A stretch of 64,000 nucleotides of DNA from contig OY968769.1 in assembly GCA_963695345.1 (NCBI GenBank), positions 32,001-96,000 of the forward strand. The letters run 5' to 3'. Each line of letters starts with the position of its first letter. Position 1 is the stretch's first letter. A program made the position numbers and the translations under genes. Of the stretch, positions 21,720-31,141 are shown in pieces. The notes beneath the pieces are model-generated. The model did not search any database, was not told the origin of the DNA, and saw only the letters and a program-made list of their open reading frames with translations. The stretch is from an uncultured Methanomassiliicoccales archaeon. Its GTDB lineage: Archaea; Thermoplasmatota; Thermoplasmata; Methanomassiliicoccales; UBA472.

Positions 21720-22328
21720 TCAAATGATCGGTATGATGATCGTGCTGAAATTGTGGACATATTCGATCGCACCGCGCATGATGAACTCCACCGCCATTGC
21801 CGCCAGCAGCAGACCGATTATCTTGGAGAAGATCTCGATCGCCTGGTGCCCGATGATCTTGATGATCGAGGCCGCATTCCGGAGCAGGATCCAGGTGATG
21901 ATCAGCGAGAACACTCCGGCGATCAGTGTCGTCAACAGGTCATATCTCGCTACCAGCAATATCGCCGTGGTGATGACACCCGGGCCGGTCAGAATCGGGG
22001 TGGCTATGATGACCCAGGCTACATCCGCATCCTGGTTCTTGGTGAGGCTGAGGCTGAATATGATCTCGATCGCCATCAACAGCAGGACGATCCCACCGGC
22101 TATCCGGAATCCGTCCAGTGTGACACTGAACACCGCCAGCAGGTTGGTGCCCAGAATGGCGAAGATGACGAAAAGGAGGGCCGCGACCAGGACGGCACGG
22201 TTGGCGGAGGACGTCTTCTGATTTTCGTCCAGGTCCTTGGTCATGCAGATGAAGATGGGTATGCTGGCAAATGGGTCGAAGATGAAGAACAGCAGCGTTA
22301 CCGCGTAGATCAACCCATTTAAGTCCAT
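21720..22328 (-). CDS. MarC family membrane protein
   Basis: DPFASIPIF, FRIAGGIVL, P.LTGPG, GLLLAAMAVE. Confidence 0.93.
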   Translation of the reverse strand: MDLNGLIYAVTLLFFIFDPFASIPIFICMTKDLDENQKTSSANRAVLVAALLFVIFAILGTNLLAVFSVTLDGFRIAGGIVLLLMAIEIIFSLSLTKNQDADVAWVIIATPILTGPGVITTAILLVARYDLLTTLIAGVFSLIITWILLRNAASIIKIIGHQAIEIFSKIIGLLLAAMAVEFIMRGAIEYVHNFSTIIIPII

Positions 22329-22437
22329 CAGCCCGTAGATTCTGAAGGGCCTTATAATGCTTTTTGGACGATATTTCTGGCAAACCTATTTTACCAAGCG
22401 GTTCCAAAGGAGAGGATGAGTAGCCTGTTGGGCTCGG

Positions 22438-23373
22438 GTGATGGATGAATTGGGCGAGGTACGGTTTGATAAGATGGCCCTATCGGCATATGTCCGGACC
22501 CTACGTCCGCAGTTCCTTCCCGGCAGCGCGATACTGTTCTTGATAGGGTCTTTGTTCGCGGGGGATGGAGTCATCCAAGCAAACGTGGAGATGGCTCTGG
22601 CTCTCCTCACCGTGGTCCTGGTCCAATTGGCTGGTCATTTGGCCAATGACTACTTTGACCGGGAGGGTGACCGGCCTTCCCAACGGAGCCTGTTCGCCGG
22701 TGGAAGCGGTGCAATCCAGACCGGCGTCGTCTCTGCCCGTGCGGTCCTCCATGCGACCATGGCGGTCTTCGCTTCCGCCCTATTGCTGGCGGCATTCGTA
22801 GCGATAATATCGGAAAGGCCATGGTTCCTGCCCCTGATAGCCCTGGGACTGTTCGGGGGATACGCCTACTCCGCTCCGCCGTTACGGCTGGCCTCGACCT
22901 GGCTCAATGAGCTGTCGATCGCCCTGCTGTTAGGATTCGGACTGCCCCTCGCCGGATGGTATTTCACCAAGGGCACCTTTGACCTGGATATCCTTAAGGT
23001 CGGCCTTCCCCTGTTCCTTTTCTCGGTCCAGTCGCTGATAGCCGTCCAGTTCCCGGACATGGAGGCGGACCGGGCATCGGGAAAACGGAACATGACGTTC
23101 CGGCTGGGCATCCAACGGTCCAAAATGATACAGACCTCGCTGCTGGGCCTCAGCTACCTGATCGTGGTCGCGGAGGTGGCCATAGGTTATCTGGGGATCG
23201 GGGCGCTGCTGGTGTTGGTCACCATCCCTTTCTACCTGTACTACTCGTGGAAGTTGATCGGGATGGAGCATTATGATTTTAACTTGGCCACGACCGCATC
23301 GAACATGGCGATGGCCCTGAACGGTGTCTCGATGGCGATGGTGCTGATCTATTTGACGGTATTGACACGATGA
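22438..23373 (+). CDS. UbiA/MenA family prenyltransferase
   Basis: NDYFD, GGSG, YSAPPLRL, PD.EADR.SGK. Confidence 0.88.
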   Translation: MMDELGEVRFDKMALSAYVRTLRPQFLPGSAILFLIGSLFAGDGVIQANVEMALALLTVVLVQLAGHLANDYFDREGDRPSQRSLFAGGSGAIQTGVVSARAVLHATMAVFASALLLAAFVAIISERPWFLPLIALGLFGGYAYSAPPLRLASTWLNELSIALLLGFGLPLAGWYFTKGTFDLDILKVGLPLFLFSVQSLIAVQFPDMEADRASGKRNMTFRLGIQRSKMIQTSLLGLSYLIVVAEVAIGYLGIGALLVLVTIPFYLYYSWKLIGMEHYDFNLATTASNMAMALNGVSMAMVLIYLTVLTR

Positions 23374-23433
23374 ATAATGATGGACCGGCGGACGGCGCAA
23401 GGCCGGTCCGGTGATTTAAGAAGGATCAGACGT

Positions 23434-23658
23434 TCAGCTCGTCTTGCACACGTAGTAGCCGGCGGATTTGTCCCTGGACTTACGTTTGACGTAGCCCTTT
23501 TTCTCCAGCTCTTGCAGAGCGTTCATACAGTGCGCTTTCGGAAGCTTGGACATGTTGGTGATCCCCTGGGCATCCTTCATCTTGTCCTCGGAGACCAGAC
23601 CAGCATGGATCATAGCCTTGAATACCTTCTCGGCTGGGTCGCTCAGTCCTTCTGGCAT
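23434..23658 (-). CDS. Small winged-helix protein, putative regulator
   Basis: 74-aa basic protein, ALQELEKKGYVKR wHTH-like pattern. Confidence 0.7.
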   Translation of the reverse strand: MPEGLSDPAEKVFKAMIHAGLVSEDKMKDAQGITNMSKLPKAHCMNALQELEKKGYVKRKSRDKSAGYYVCKTS

Positions 23659-23876
23659 GGTCAGGCCCAAGAACGGGGACCTAATCTAGCTATCCATGAC
23701 ATTATCAAATATGAGAACTACTGAGAATTACTCCGGAACCTAGCACGCAGAGACGTCTCACCATCAGCCCGGTGGGTCAAACGCTACGGATCGGCCGCGG
23801 TCCGAACTATACCCCTCCACCAGTCCCGGGTCGAAATTAAAATATGGAGACGCGTTCCTAGGTGACAGGGAAAGCC

Positions 23877-24446
23877 ATGGACGAAAAGGGTTCGCTGATA
23901 ATAACGGTCAATTCCACCGACGGCAGGATCGATCAGAAGAAGAAGGTGCTGCGTTCGAATCTGATCATCGAATCGCTGATAACGGCGGCACTATTCATCG
24001 TCCTTGCGGTCATCGCCGCCCTGCCCATCGAATATGCCCTCATCATCACGCTGGGGTTCATAATCGCGACGGTGTTCTCCTACTACGCGCTGCACGACAG
24101 CTTCTATGCGGACATCGCGGCCGTGAAGGTCTACTCCAACGGCGTGGAGAACTTCTCCAGCCCCCTGCTCCAGATAAGGAGGATCAGCGGTTTCATCGAC
24201 AAGTCCCGGATCGAGAGCATAGAGGTCGAGTACTACACGTTCACCGGCGAGGTCACCACCAAGAACCACGACCAGGTGATGTTCTTCAAGAACAACAAGA
24301 ACGTCACCCTGAAGCTCAAGGACGGCAGGAAGAAGCCGCTGGGGCGCCGTTTCTCGCACATCGTCGATGAGATGGTGGAGAGGATGTCCAAGGCCTGGAA
24401 CGTGCCGGTGAACCAGAACGAGCGCACGTTCGGCCGGACAAAATGA
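23877..24446 (+). CDS. Hypothetical 2-TM membrane protein with a soluble beta-rich C-terminal domain
   Basis: Two hydrophobic helices, then VYSNG...FIDK..I..I.V...LKLKDGRK. Confidence 0.75.
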   Translation: MDEKGSLIITVNSTDGRIDQKKKVLRSNLIIESLITAALFIVLAVIAALPIEYALIITLGFIIATVFSYYALHDSFYADIAAVKVYSNGVENFSSPLLQIRRISGFIDKSRIESIEVEYYTFTGEVTTKNHDQVMFFKNNKNVTLKLKDGRKKPLGRRFSHIVDEMVERMSKAWNVPVNQNERTFGRTK

Positions 24447-24517
24447 CCTCCGCGAATCGCGGACCAGTCAATTCCTTTATATCTTACCGGATACCTTTCT
24501 TCGCCCTGGTGATTTGA

Positions 24518-24940
24518 TTGAAGTGGCTCTGGCGTTGCAACGTCTGCGGAGATCTGCACTATGGACTGAAGGCGCCGCAGGTCTGTCCGACATGCGGGGC
24601 GAGCATGGCCTTTGTGAGGATCGACGGAGAGGAGGCGTTGAAGACCATCGGAAACCATGGCGGTAGCTACGCCAAGGTCGAGGAGGTGGTCGCCGCTTGG
24701 CGGGAATTCGCCGAGGCCAATCCGTTGATCAAACTGAACCCGAACCTGGAAGAGGTGAACACCCTGGCCACAGGGGTTCTCGAGAACATGAAGAACCGGG
24801 GGATGAAGTACTGCCCTTGCAGGATAACCTCGGGGGATTTCGAAAAGGACCTGGAACTGGTCTGTCCCTGCAATTTCTACCGCCAGAAAGTGTGGAAGGA
24901 GAACGGGGAATGCTGGTGCGGTCTCTACTTTAAGAGGTGA
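24518..24940 (+). CDS. Ferredoxin:thioredoxin reductase catalytic-domain protein with N-terminal rubredoxin-like domain
   Basis: WRCNVCG...CPTCG, then CPC...CPC...CWCGLY FTR motifs. Confidence 0.9.
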   Translation: MKWLWRCNVCGDLHYGLKAPQVCPTCGASMAFVRIDGEEALKTIGNHGGSYAKVEEVVAAWREFAEANPLIKLNPNLEEVNTLATGVLENMKNRGMKYCPCRITSGDFEKDLELVCPCNFYRQKVWKENGECWCGLYFKR

Positions 24941-25239
24941 TATGCGTGTCTGAACAAGGAAACAGATTGATTTGGTTCTATGGAAAGGAATGCCCCCACT
25001 GCCGGGCCCTGATGCCGATGGTGGAGAAATACCAACAGGACTCGAACATAAAGATAGAACACCTGGAGGTTTGGCATAACGATGAGAATGCCAAGCTCAT
25101 GCGGTCGCACGGGGACAAGATATCCGAGGCCTGCGGGGGGGAGCTGGGCGTTCCCGCCTTCTACAATGAGAAGACCGGCAAGGCCATCTGCGGGTCCAGG
25201 ATCCCGCTGGAAAAACTGAAGAAGTGGGCCGAGGAGTGA
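24937..25239 (+). CDS. Thioredoxin/glutaredoxin-like protein
   Basis: CPHC active site, GVP cis-Pro; overlaps the FTR stop (GTGA). Confidence 0.88.
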   Translation: MICVSEQGNRLIWFYGKECPHCRALMPMVEKYQQDSNIKIEHLEVWHNDENAKLMRSHGDKISEACGGELGVPAFYNEKTGKAICGSRIPLEKLKKWAEE

Positions 25240-25249
25240 AAAACGCCAG

Positions 25250-25537
25250 ATGCCGGCCCGCAGATCGCAGATCAAGGTCCCAGATGGGAAACTGGTCCGT
25301 ATGGACGCGATCTGCGAGCAGGGCACGATCTCCAACATAAAATTGTCGGGCGATTTCTTCGTTCACCCGGAGGAGGCGCTTTTCCGGATAGAGCGCGGGC
25401 TGGATGGCCTGAAATTGACCGGGAATGAAGAAGAGATGGTTGAAAAGGTGGGATCGGTCGTCGATGCCAGCGGGGCGGTCCTCATCGGTTTCGGAGTGCA
25501 TGATATCGCATATCTTCTGAGGGAACTGAGATGTTGA
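25250..25537 (+). CDS. Lipoate-protein ligase C-terminal subunit (LplB-type)
   Basis: KVPDGKLVR, LSGDFFVHPEE. Confidence 0.88.
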   Translation: MPARRSQIKVPDGKLVRMDAICEQGTISNIKLSGDFFVHPEEALFRIERGLDGLKLTGNEEEMVEKVGSVVDASGAVLIGFGVHDIAYLLRELRC

Positions 25538-26287
25538 ACCAACGGTGGAGGGTATTGAGATATGAGACGCACCCGGCCAGGATGAACATGGCCATCGACG
25601 AGGCGATAGCGGAGATGATATCGTTCAATGAGGCCAGCCCCACCATCAGATTCTATGGGTGGAACCCCAGCGCCGTATCCATCGGCTGCTTCCAGAACCT
25701 GGAGGACGAGGTCGATGTGCGACGTTGCACGGAGCTCGGCGTCGATATCGTACGGCGGAGGACCGGGAGGCGGGGCGGTCTATCACGACCGGGAGGGGGA
25801 GATCACCTACAGCGTGATCTGCCCGGAGGCCATGATGGACATGGACATCAACGCCGCCTACCGGCAGATCTGCGGCCTCATCGTCAAGGGACTTGCGATA
25901 GTGGGGATAGCCGCCGAGTTCCGGCCCATCAACGACATCGCCGTGAACGGAAGGAAGATCTCCGGATCGGCCCAGACCAGACGGTCGGGGATATTCACCC
26001 AGCACGGGACCGTTCTATACAGCGTTGAACCGGAGATTATGTTCTCGGTCCTGAAGGTGGACCGGGAAAAGGTCGCCTCGAAGGGGGCGTCGGACCCCAC
26101 GGACCTGGTCACGTCGGTGTCCAGGGAATCGAAGGCCACCAAGAACGAGGTGTTGGCCGCCCTGGTCTTCGCCTTCGTCGAGGGGAAGGACTGGTACCTG
26201 GGACCGATGTCCCAGGACGAACTTGCCCGGGCCGAGGCGATCGCGAACGAGCGTTACGGGAACGAGGAGTGGACCCGGTCGCGCTAG
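25531..26287 (+). CDS. lplA: Lipoate-protein ligase A catalytic subunit (1-nt frameshift near 25766)
   Basis: NMAIDEA, RR.TG|GGAVYHD, KISGSAQ, HGT; extra G in GGG at 25765-25767. Confidence 0.9.
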
Positions 26288-27564
26288 AGGAGCAGCAGCG
26301 CCTCGGGATTCTCCAGCCATCTCTTCAGGTCGTTCATGAACTTCGCCGCCCCGGCACCATCGAGCGCCCGGTGGTCGAACGTGAGGGACAGGGGCAGCAT
26401 CTTCCGGGCCTCTATCTTCCCGTCCACCACCATCGGCGTATCCACTATCTTCCCGGTGCCCAATATGGCCACCTCCGGATAGTTGATGATCGGCGTGCCG
26501 TACGTCGTCCCGAACGCCCCATAGTTGGTTATGGTGAATGTGCCGCCCCTCAGGTCCGCCATGTCGATCTTTCGCGTGTTCGCCAGTTCCGCCAGGTTAT
26601 GGATCTCCTCCGCCAGGTCGACGATGCCCTTCTGGTCCGCCATCTTGATCACCGGCACGATCAGCCCGTCCTCGATGGCCACGGCGATGCCGATGTTGTA
26701 GTATTTCTTGACCAGGATCTCGGTCTCCTCATCGTTCACCGAGGAGTTCAGGGAAGGGTTCGATCTCAGCGCGTTGACCACCGCCTTCACGATGAAAGGC
26801 ATGAAGGTCACGTTCACCTTGCGCTGTTCCATAACGTCCTTCTTCACCTTCTCGCGCAGCGCGAACAGCGCGGTGACGTCGGCCTGGTCCATGGCGGTGA
26901 CCTGGGCCGCCCTGGTCTGGGACTCGATCATGTGCTTGGCCGTGGTCCTCCTGATGCCCCTCAGGGGGACCCGGTCCACCCAACCGTAGAGGTCGAACTT
27001 GGGAGCCGCCTTGATGTGAGGAGTTACCGCCTTTGCCGGTGGTGCCTCCTTCGCCTTCTTGACGTCCTCTTCGGTGACCCGGCCGTCTGGCCCGGTCCCC
27101 TTGACCGTTGTGATGTCGACACCCAGGTCCTTGGCCGCCCTGCGCACCGCCGGGGTCGCCTGGACGGCGGTCGCCGGCTTCGCTTCCCTCACCTTTCCGG
27201 TCGAGGAGACGCTAACCTCCTCCATGGGAAGCTCTCCGACCACCGAGTACGACGGTTTCCTGGTCCCCTCGGCAGGCTCCGGCACCACTGGGGTCTCGGC
27301 CGCCGGGGCGGCCGTTACCGCCTCCCCCTTCTCGCCGATCACCACCAGCACCTCGCCCACCTTGACCAGTTCGCCTTCCTTATGGTTCATTTTGAGGATC
27401 GTTCCGGCCACCGGCGATGGCATCTCCACCACCGCCTTGTCGGTCTCCACCTCGGCCAGCGCCTCGTCCTTGCCGATGGTGTCGCCTTCCTTGACCAGCC
27501 ATTTCTTGATCTCACCCTCGGTCACTCCCTCGCCGAGGTCGGGGAACTTGTATTCAGTAGTCAT
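26284..27564 (-). CDS. pdhC: 2-oxoacid dehydrogenase E2, dihydrolipoamide acyltransferase
   Basis: Lipoyl motif VETDKA, peripheral subunit-binding TPAVRR..GTGPDGRV, catalytic DHRALDG. Confidence 0.95.
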   Translation of the reverse strand: MTTEYKFPDLGEGVTEGEIKKWLVKEGDTIGKDEALAEVETDKAVVEMPSPVAGTILKMNHKEGELVKVGEVLVVIGEKGEAVTAAPAAETPVVPEPAEGTRKPSYSVVGELPMEEVSVSSTGKVREAKPATAVQATPAVRRAAKDLGVDITTVKGTGPDGRVTEEDVKKAKEAPPAKAVTPHIKAAPKFDLYGWVDRVPLRGIRRTTAKHMIESQTRAAQVTAMDQADVTALFALREKVKKDVMEQRKVNVTFMPFIVKAVVNALRSNPSLNSSVNDEETEILVKKYYNIGIAVAIEDGLIVPVIKMADQKGIVDLAEEIHNLAELANTRKIDMADLRGGTFTITNYGAFGTTYGTPIINYPEVAILGTGKIVDTPMVVDGKIEARKMLPLSLTFDHRALDGAGAAKFMNDLKRWLENPEALLLL

Positions 27565-27573
27565 TTGATCACC

Positions 27574-28551
27574 TCAGAACGAGACCGTCCTCTCGATCTC
27601 GACCAGTATCCTCTCGGGCGACACGTAGTAGTGGTCCTCTCCCTTCGGCAGAGGTACGACGATGTCCGGCCCGGCCACCCTGACCACCGGCGCCTGCAGT
27701 GAAAGCAGCGCCTTCTCGTTTATCCTGGCCACGATCTCCGCCCCCACCCCGCAGGTCTTGGGCGCTTCCTGCACCACGATCGCCCGTCCGGTTCGTTTCA
27801 CCGATTCCACCACCGAGGCCGAGTCCATCGGCGACAGGGTGCGCATGTCGATGACCTCGCAGGAGATGCCCATCTTGGCCGCCTCGTCCACTGCTTTCTG
27901 TATCTGGACCATCATGGCGCCCCATCCGATGACCGTCACGTCCTTGCCCTCCTGGACCAGGCGGGCCTTCCCGATGGGGATGACGTACTCGCCTTCCGGC
28001 ACCTCCTCCTTCAGCATGCGGTAGCTGCGGGTCGGCTCAAGGAATATCACCGGGTCCGGGTCCCTTATCGCGGCGGTCAGCAGGCCTTTCGCCTCCAGCG
28101 GGGTGGACGGCACCACCACTTTGAGGCCGGGAATATGCACGAACAGCGCCTCGGTGCTCTCCGAGTGATGCTCCAATGCCTTCACCCCCGCCCCGTAGGG
28201 CATGCGCATGACCAGGGGGACGGTCAGCCGGCTCCTGGTCCGGTTCCTCATCCGGGAAGCGTGGGAGATGAGCTGGTTCATGGTCAGGTAGGAGAATCCC
28301 ATGAACTGTATCTCCGCCACCGGCCGCAGGCCGTTGATCGCCATGCCGATGGCCATGCCGACTATGCCGCCCTCCGCCAATGGAGTATCGATGACCCGGG
28401 CGGGGCCGAACCTCTTCTGCAGGCCATCGGTGACCCGGAACACGCCGCCATCGACGCCGATGTCCTCGCCCAGCGCGACCACGGTAGGATCTCTCTCCAT
28501 CTCCAGGGCCAATGCCGAATTGATGGCCTGCACCATGTTCATCGAGACCAT
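27574..28551 (-). CDS. pdhB: 2-oxoacid dehydrogenase E1 beta subunit
   Basis: MVSMNMVQAIN..., GEDIG..GGVFR, DTPLAE, EHHSE; own SD-like GGGGGTG before ATG 28551. Confidence 0.93.
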   Translation of the reverse strand: MVSMNMVQAINSALALEMERDPTVVALGEDIGVDGGVFRVTDGLQKRFGPARVIDTPLAEGGIVGMAIGMAINGLRPVAEIQFMGFSYLTMNQLISHASRMRNRTRSRLTVPLVMRMPYGAGVKALEHHSESTEALFVHIPGLKVVVPSTPLEAKGLLTAAIRDPDPVIFLEPTRSYRMLKEEVPEGEYVIPIGKARLVQEGKDVTVIGWGAMMVQIQKAVDEAAKMGISCEVIDMRTLSPMDSASVVESVKRTGRAIVVQEAPKTCGVGAEIVARINEKALLSLQAPVVRVAGPDIVVPLPKGEDHYYVSPERILVEIERTVSF

Positions 28552-28553
28552 CT

Positions 28554-29637
28554 TCACACCCCCTTCTTGGCCGGTTCGGCCTTGATCTTCTCCATCTGTT
28601 CGACCATGTCCGGAGACATCTCCGCGTACGATGTGCCGGAACACCTCCTCCACGGTCGGCCTGGGATAGTTCTCCGCCTCGGAGACGGCCTTCTCCACCA
28701 GGTCCTGGGCCTCCTTCACCGCCTCGTCCTCCAGTTCGTCGTTCCATATGCCTTTGGCCTCGAGATAGCGGTTGAACCGGTCCAGCGGGTCCTTTTGCAT
28801 CCATTCCGCCAGCTCGGAGTCCAGCCGATACCTGGTGGCATCGTCCGATGTGGTGTGGTCTCCCAGCCGATAGGTGTAGGCCTCGATCAGGGTCGGACCG
28901 AGCCCGCTGCGCGCCCGGTCCACCGCCTCCTTCCCCGCGGCGTACATGGCCAGGATATCGTTGCCGTCGACCAGGATCCCGGGGAACCCGTAGGAGATGG
29001 CCTTCTGGGCGATGGTGGGGCTGCGGGTCTGGTTCCTGCGCGGATAGGATATGGCGTACTGGTTGTTCTGACAGACGAACACCACCGGCGATTGGTAGAC
29101 GCCGGCGAAGTTCGCGGCCTCGTGGAAATCGCCCTCCGAACTCCCCCCGTCCCCGAAGAACGCCACCGATACCGTGTCCTCCCCCCGGAGCTTCGCCGCG
29201 TACGATATGCCGACGGCGTGGGTGAGCTGGGAGCCGACCGGGACCGAGGAGGGCAGGGCCCGCACGTCATCGGGGTAATGACTGCCCATCTCGTTTCCCA
29301 TCCAGTAGAGGAACTGGTTCACCAGGGGCACCTGATGATAGAGGAGGCCGCCCAACTCCCGGAAGGACCAGACGAACCAATCGTCCTTCCTCATGGCCAT
29401 GGCCGGTCCGATCTGCGCCGCTTCCTGACCCTTGCACGGAGGGTACGCCCCCAGGCGCCCCTGCCTCTGGAGCTTGACCGCCTTTTCATCGGCCACCCTG
29501 GTCAGTACCATGGTCTTGTACGCCTGGATGAGGGTGGGGTCGTCGAGCTTGGGGTCCAACCCGTCGACGACTGTTCCATCGGTCTTCAGTATCTGCAGCA
29601 TCTTCCCTTCGAGCGGGTTGAACTCATCGATCAGCAT
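28554..29637 (-). CDS. pdhA: 2-oxoacid dehydrogenase E1 alpha subunit (1-nt insertion near 28630 falsely fuses it to E1 beta)
   Basis: TPP motif GDGGSSEG...NN, HTTSDD; the shifted frame gives a normal end YAEMSPDMVEQ...KKGV* (TGA 28556-28554). Confidence 0.9.
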
Positions 29638-30522
29638 TTATGCCCCTCCGATCTGTTCCAGGATCCCCTGTGCTTTGTAAGATGTACGGACCAGTGGTCC
29701 GCAGGCGATGTATCGGAAACCCATGGCGCGCGCTTCCTGCGCCAGGCCCTCGAACACCGACGGTTCGACATATTCGGTTATTGGCAGGCTCCCGCCCTTG
29801 GGTTTCAGGTATTGACCGATCGCTATCGCATCCACCCCGACGGCGCGCAGGTCGGACAGGGTGCGGACCGTTTCGGACAGGGTCTCACCTAGCCCGAGCA
29901 TGATGGAGCTCTTTGTTACCATATCTGGATACAAACCCTTCAGCCCGGCCAGCAATTTTAGTGAGCTGGCATAGGACGATCTCGGGTCCCTTACACTGGC
30001 CTGAAGGCGCTCCACCGTCTCGATATTGTGCCCGATCACCTCGGGTGCGGAATCAGCCACCAAACGGATCGCGTTCCCCTTTCCGGAGAGGTCGGGGATC
30101 AGCAGTTCCACCTTGCATCCCGATGCTTCGTGTATGGCGCGTACCGTCTCTGCGAACACCGAGGCCCCGCCGTCCTTGAGGTCGTCCCTGGTCACGCTCG
30201 TGATGACCGCGTACTTCAGACCGAGCTCTTTGATGGCCTTGGCAACCCTTAATGGTTCCGAAGTATCGTACGAACCGTCGAGGTAACCGTGCTTGACCGC
30301 GCAGAAACGGCAATGCCGGGTGCAAATATCCCCGAGGATCATGAACGTCGCGCTCCGGTCCGACCAACATTCCCGGATGTTCGGGCAGTGCGAGGCATCG
30401 CAGACCGTGTGCAGGGAATACTTCTTCGTCACTTCCCTGACCTTGTCAAAGTCTCCGCCTACGGCCGCGATGGTCTTCAACCAACCGGGCTTCTCCAGTT
30501 GGGGCGTTCTCAATTCACTCAC
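29638..30522 (-). CDS. lipA: Lipoyl synthase
   Basis: CDASHCPNIRECW and radical-SAM CTRHCRFC; C-terminal VRTSY. Confidence 0.96.
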   Translation of the reverse strand: MSELRTPQLEKPGWLKTIAAVGGDFDKVREVTKKYSLHTVCDASHCPNIRECWSDRSATFMILGDICTRHCRFCAVKHGYLDGSYDTSEPLRVAKAIKELGLKYAVITSVTRDDLKDGGASVFAETVRAIHEASGCKVELLIPDLSGKGNAIRLVADSAPEVIGHNIETVERLQASVRDPRSSYASSLKLLAGLKGLYPDMVTKSSIMLGLGETLSETVRTLSDLRAVGVDAIAIGQYLKPKGGSLPITEYVEPSVFEGLAQEARAMGFRYIACGPLVRTSYKAQGILEQIGGA

Positions 30523-30640
30523 GGGGCATCATATTGTAGCCATGGGGTTTTACTAATTTTCCTTTTCGAAGCGTCACGGGCCCAAGCCGCTGAACTCCGC
30601 CTTTCTGAAGTTTTTCCTTGGGCCAGTCGCTGGCATTGCG

Positions 30641-30648
30641 TTTAAATA
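30641..30648 (+). promoter_or_regulatory. TATA box of the SRP RNA
   Basis: TTTAAATA about 25 nt upstream of the inferred RNA 5' end. Confidence 0.6.
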
Positions 30649-30665
30649 GCTGGTATGCTTAATTG

Positions 30666-30983
30666 GGGGCGCTAGGCTAGACCGGGACGCTCGGCGTGTC
30701 CTTATACACCGAAATCGTCGCTGCGGGGGTGACAGCGAGGGGCGTCGTATCCGGGGAGGCATAGGCCCAACCGTTGATGTTGAGGCTCTGTCCTACGGGG
30801 TCGGTGGCAGCTCTGGGGTGCAGCTGGAGGGTTGCACTCCTTGCTCTGATCACGGGGAACGGGTCAGGCCCTGACGGGAACAGCCTTACCGTGGACTACC
30901 TACGCTCGAAGGGGAGCGGGGCTGAGTCAGCGGTTGGATCACCTGTGCCAAACTGAGCGGCCACCCTTGTGGCCTAGCACTCC
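30666..30983 (+). ncRNA. ffs: Archaeal signal recognition particle (7S) RNA
   Basis: About 318 nt, GC-rich; termini pair (GGGGCGCTAGGCT / GGCCTAGCACTCC); helix-8 core GGGTCAGGCCC-TGAC-GGGAACAGCC; pyrimidine run after the 3' end. Confidence 0.88.
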
Positions 30984-31141
30984 TTTCACTTCCTGACGAT
31001 GGTCAGGATGATTCAGAAAAAATATGGAACGGTCCATCCCCCATCTGGACCCAATAAAAAGGGGGGACCTGATCGACTGGACCGGAAGACAGGAACCTTG
31101 TCGATCAATGTTCCTATGATGCCTATGGACCTTCCGGTGCC

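Noticed and set aside
23700-23860. GC-rich intergenic stretch as a possible tRNA
   Set aside because: No cloverleaf, T-loop (GTTCRA) or acceptor stem could be built.
27574-29637. Apparent natural E1alpha-E1beta fusion (687 aa)
   Set aside because: Removing one base near 28630 gives a canonical E1alpha end and stop, and E1beta has its own SD and ATG. This fits the window-wide indel errors.
30666-30983. RNase P RNA or small ORFs as an alternative reading
   Set aside because: No GAGGAAAGTCC / P4 signature; terminal pairing and the helix-8 motif fit SRP RNA.
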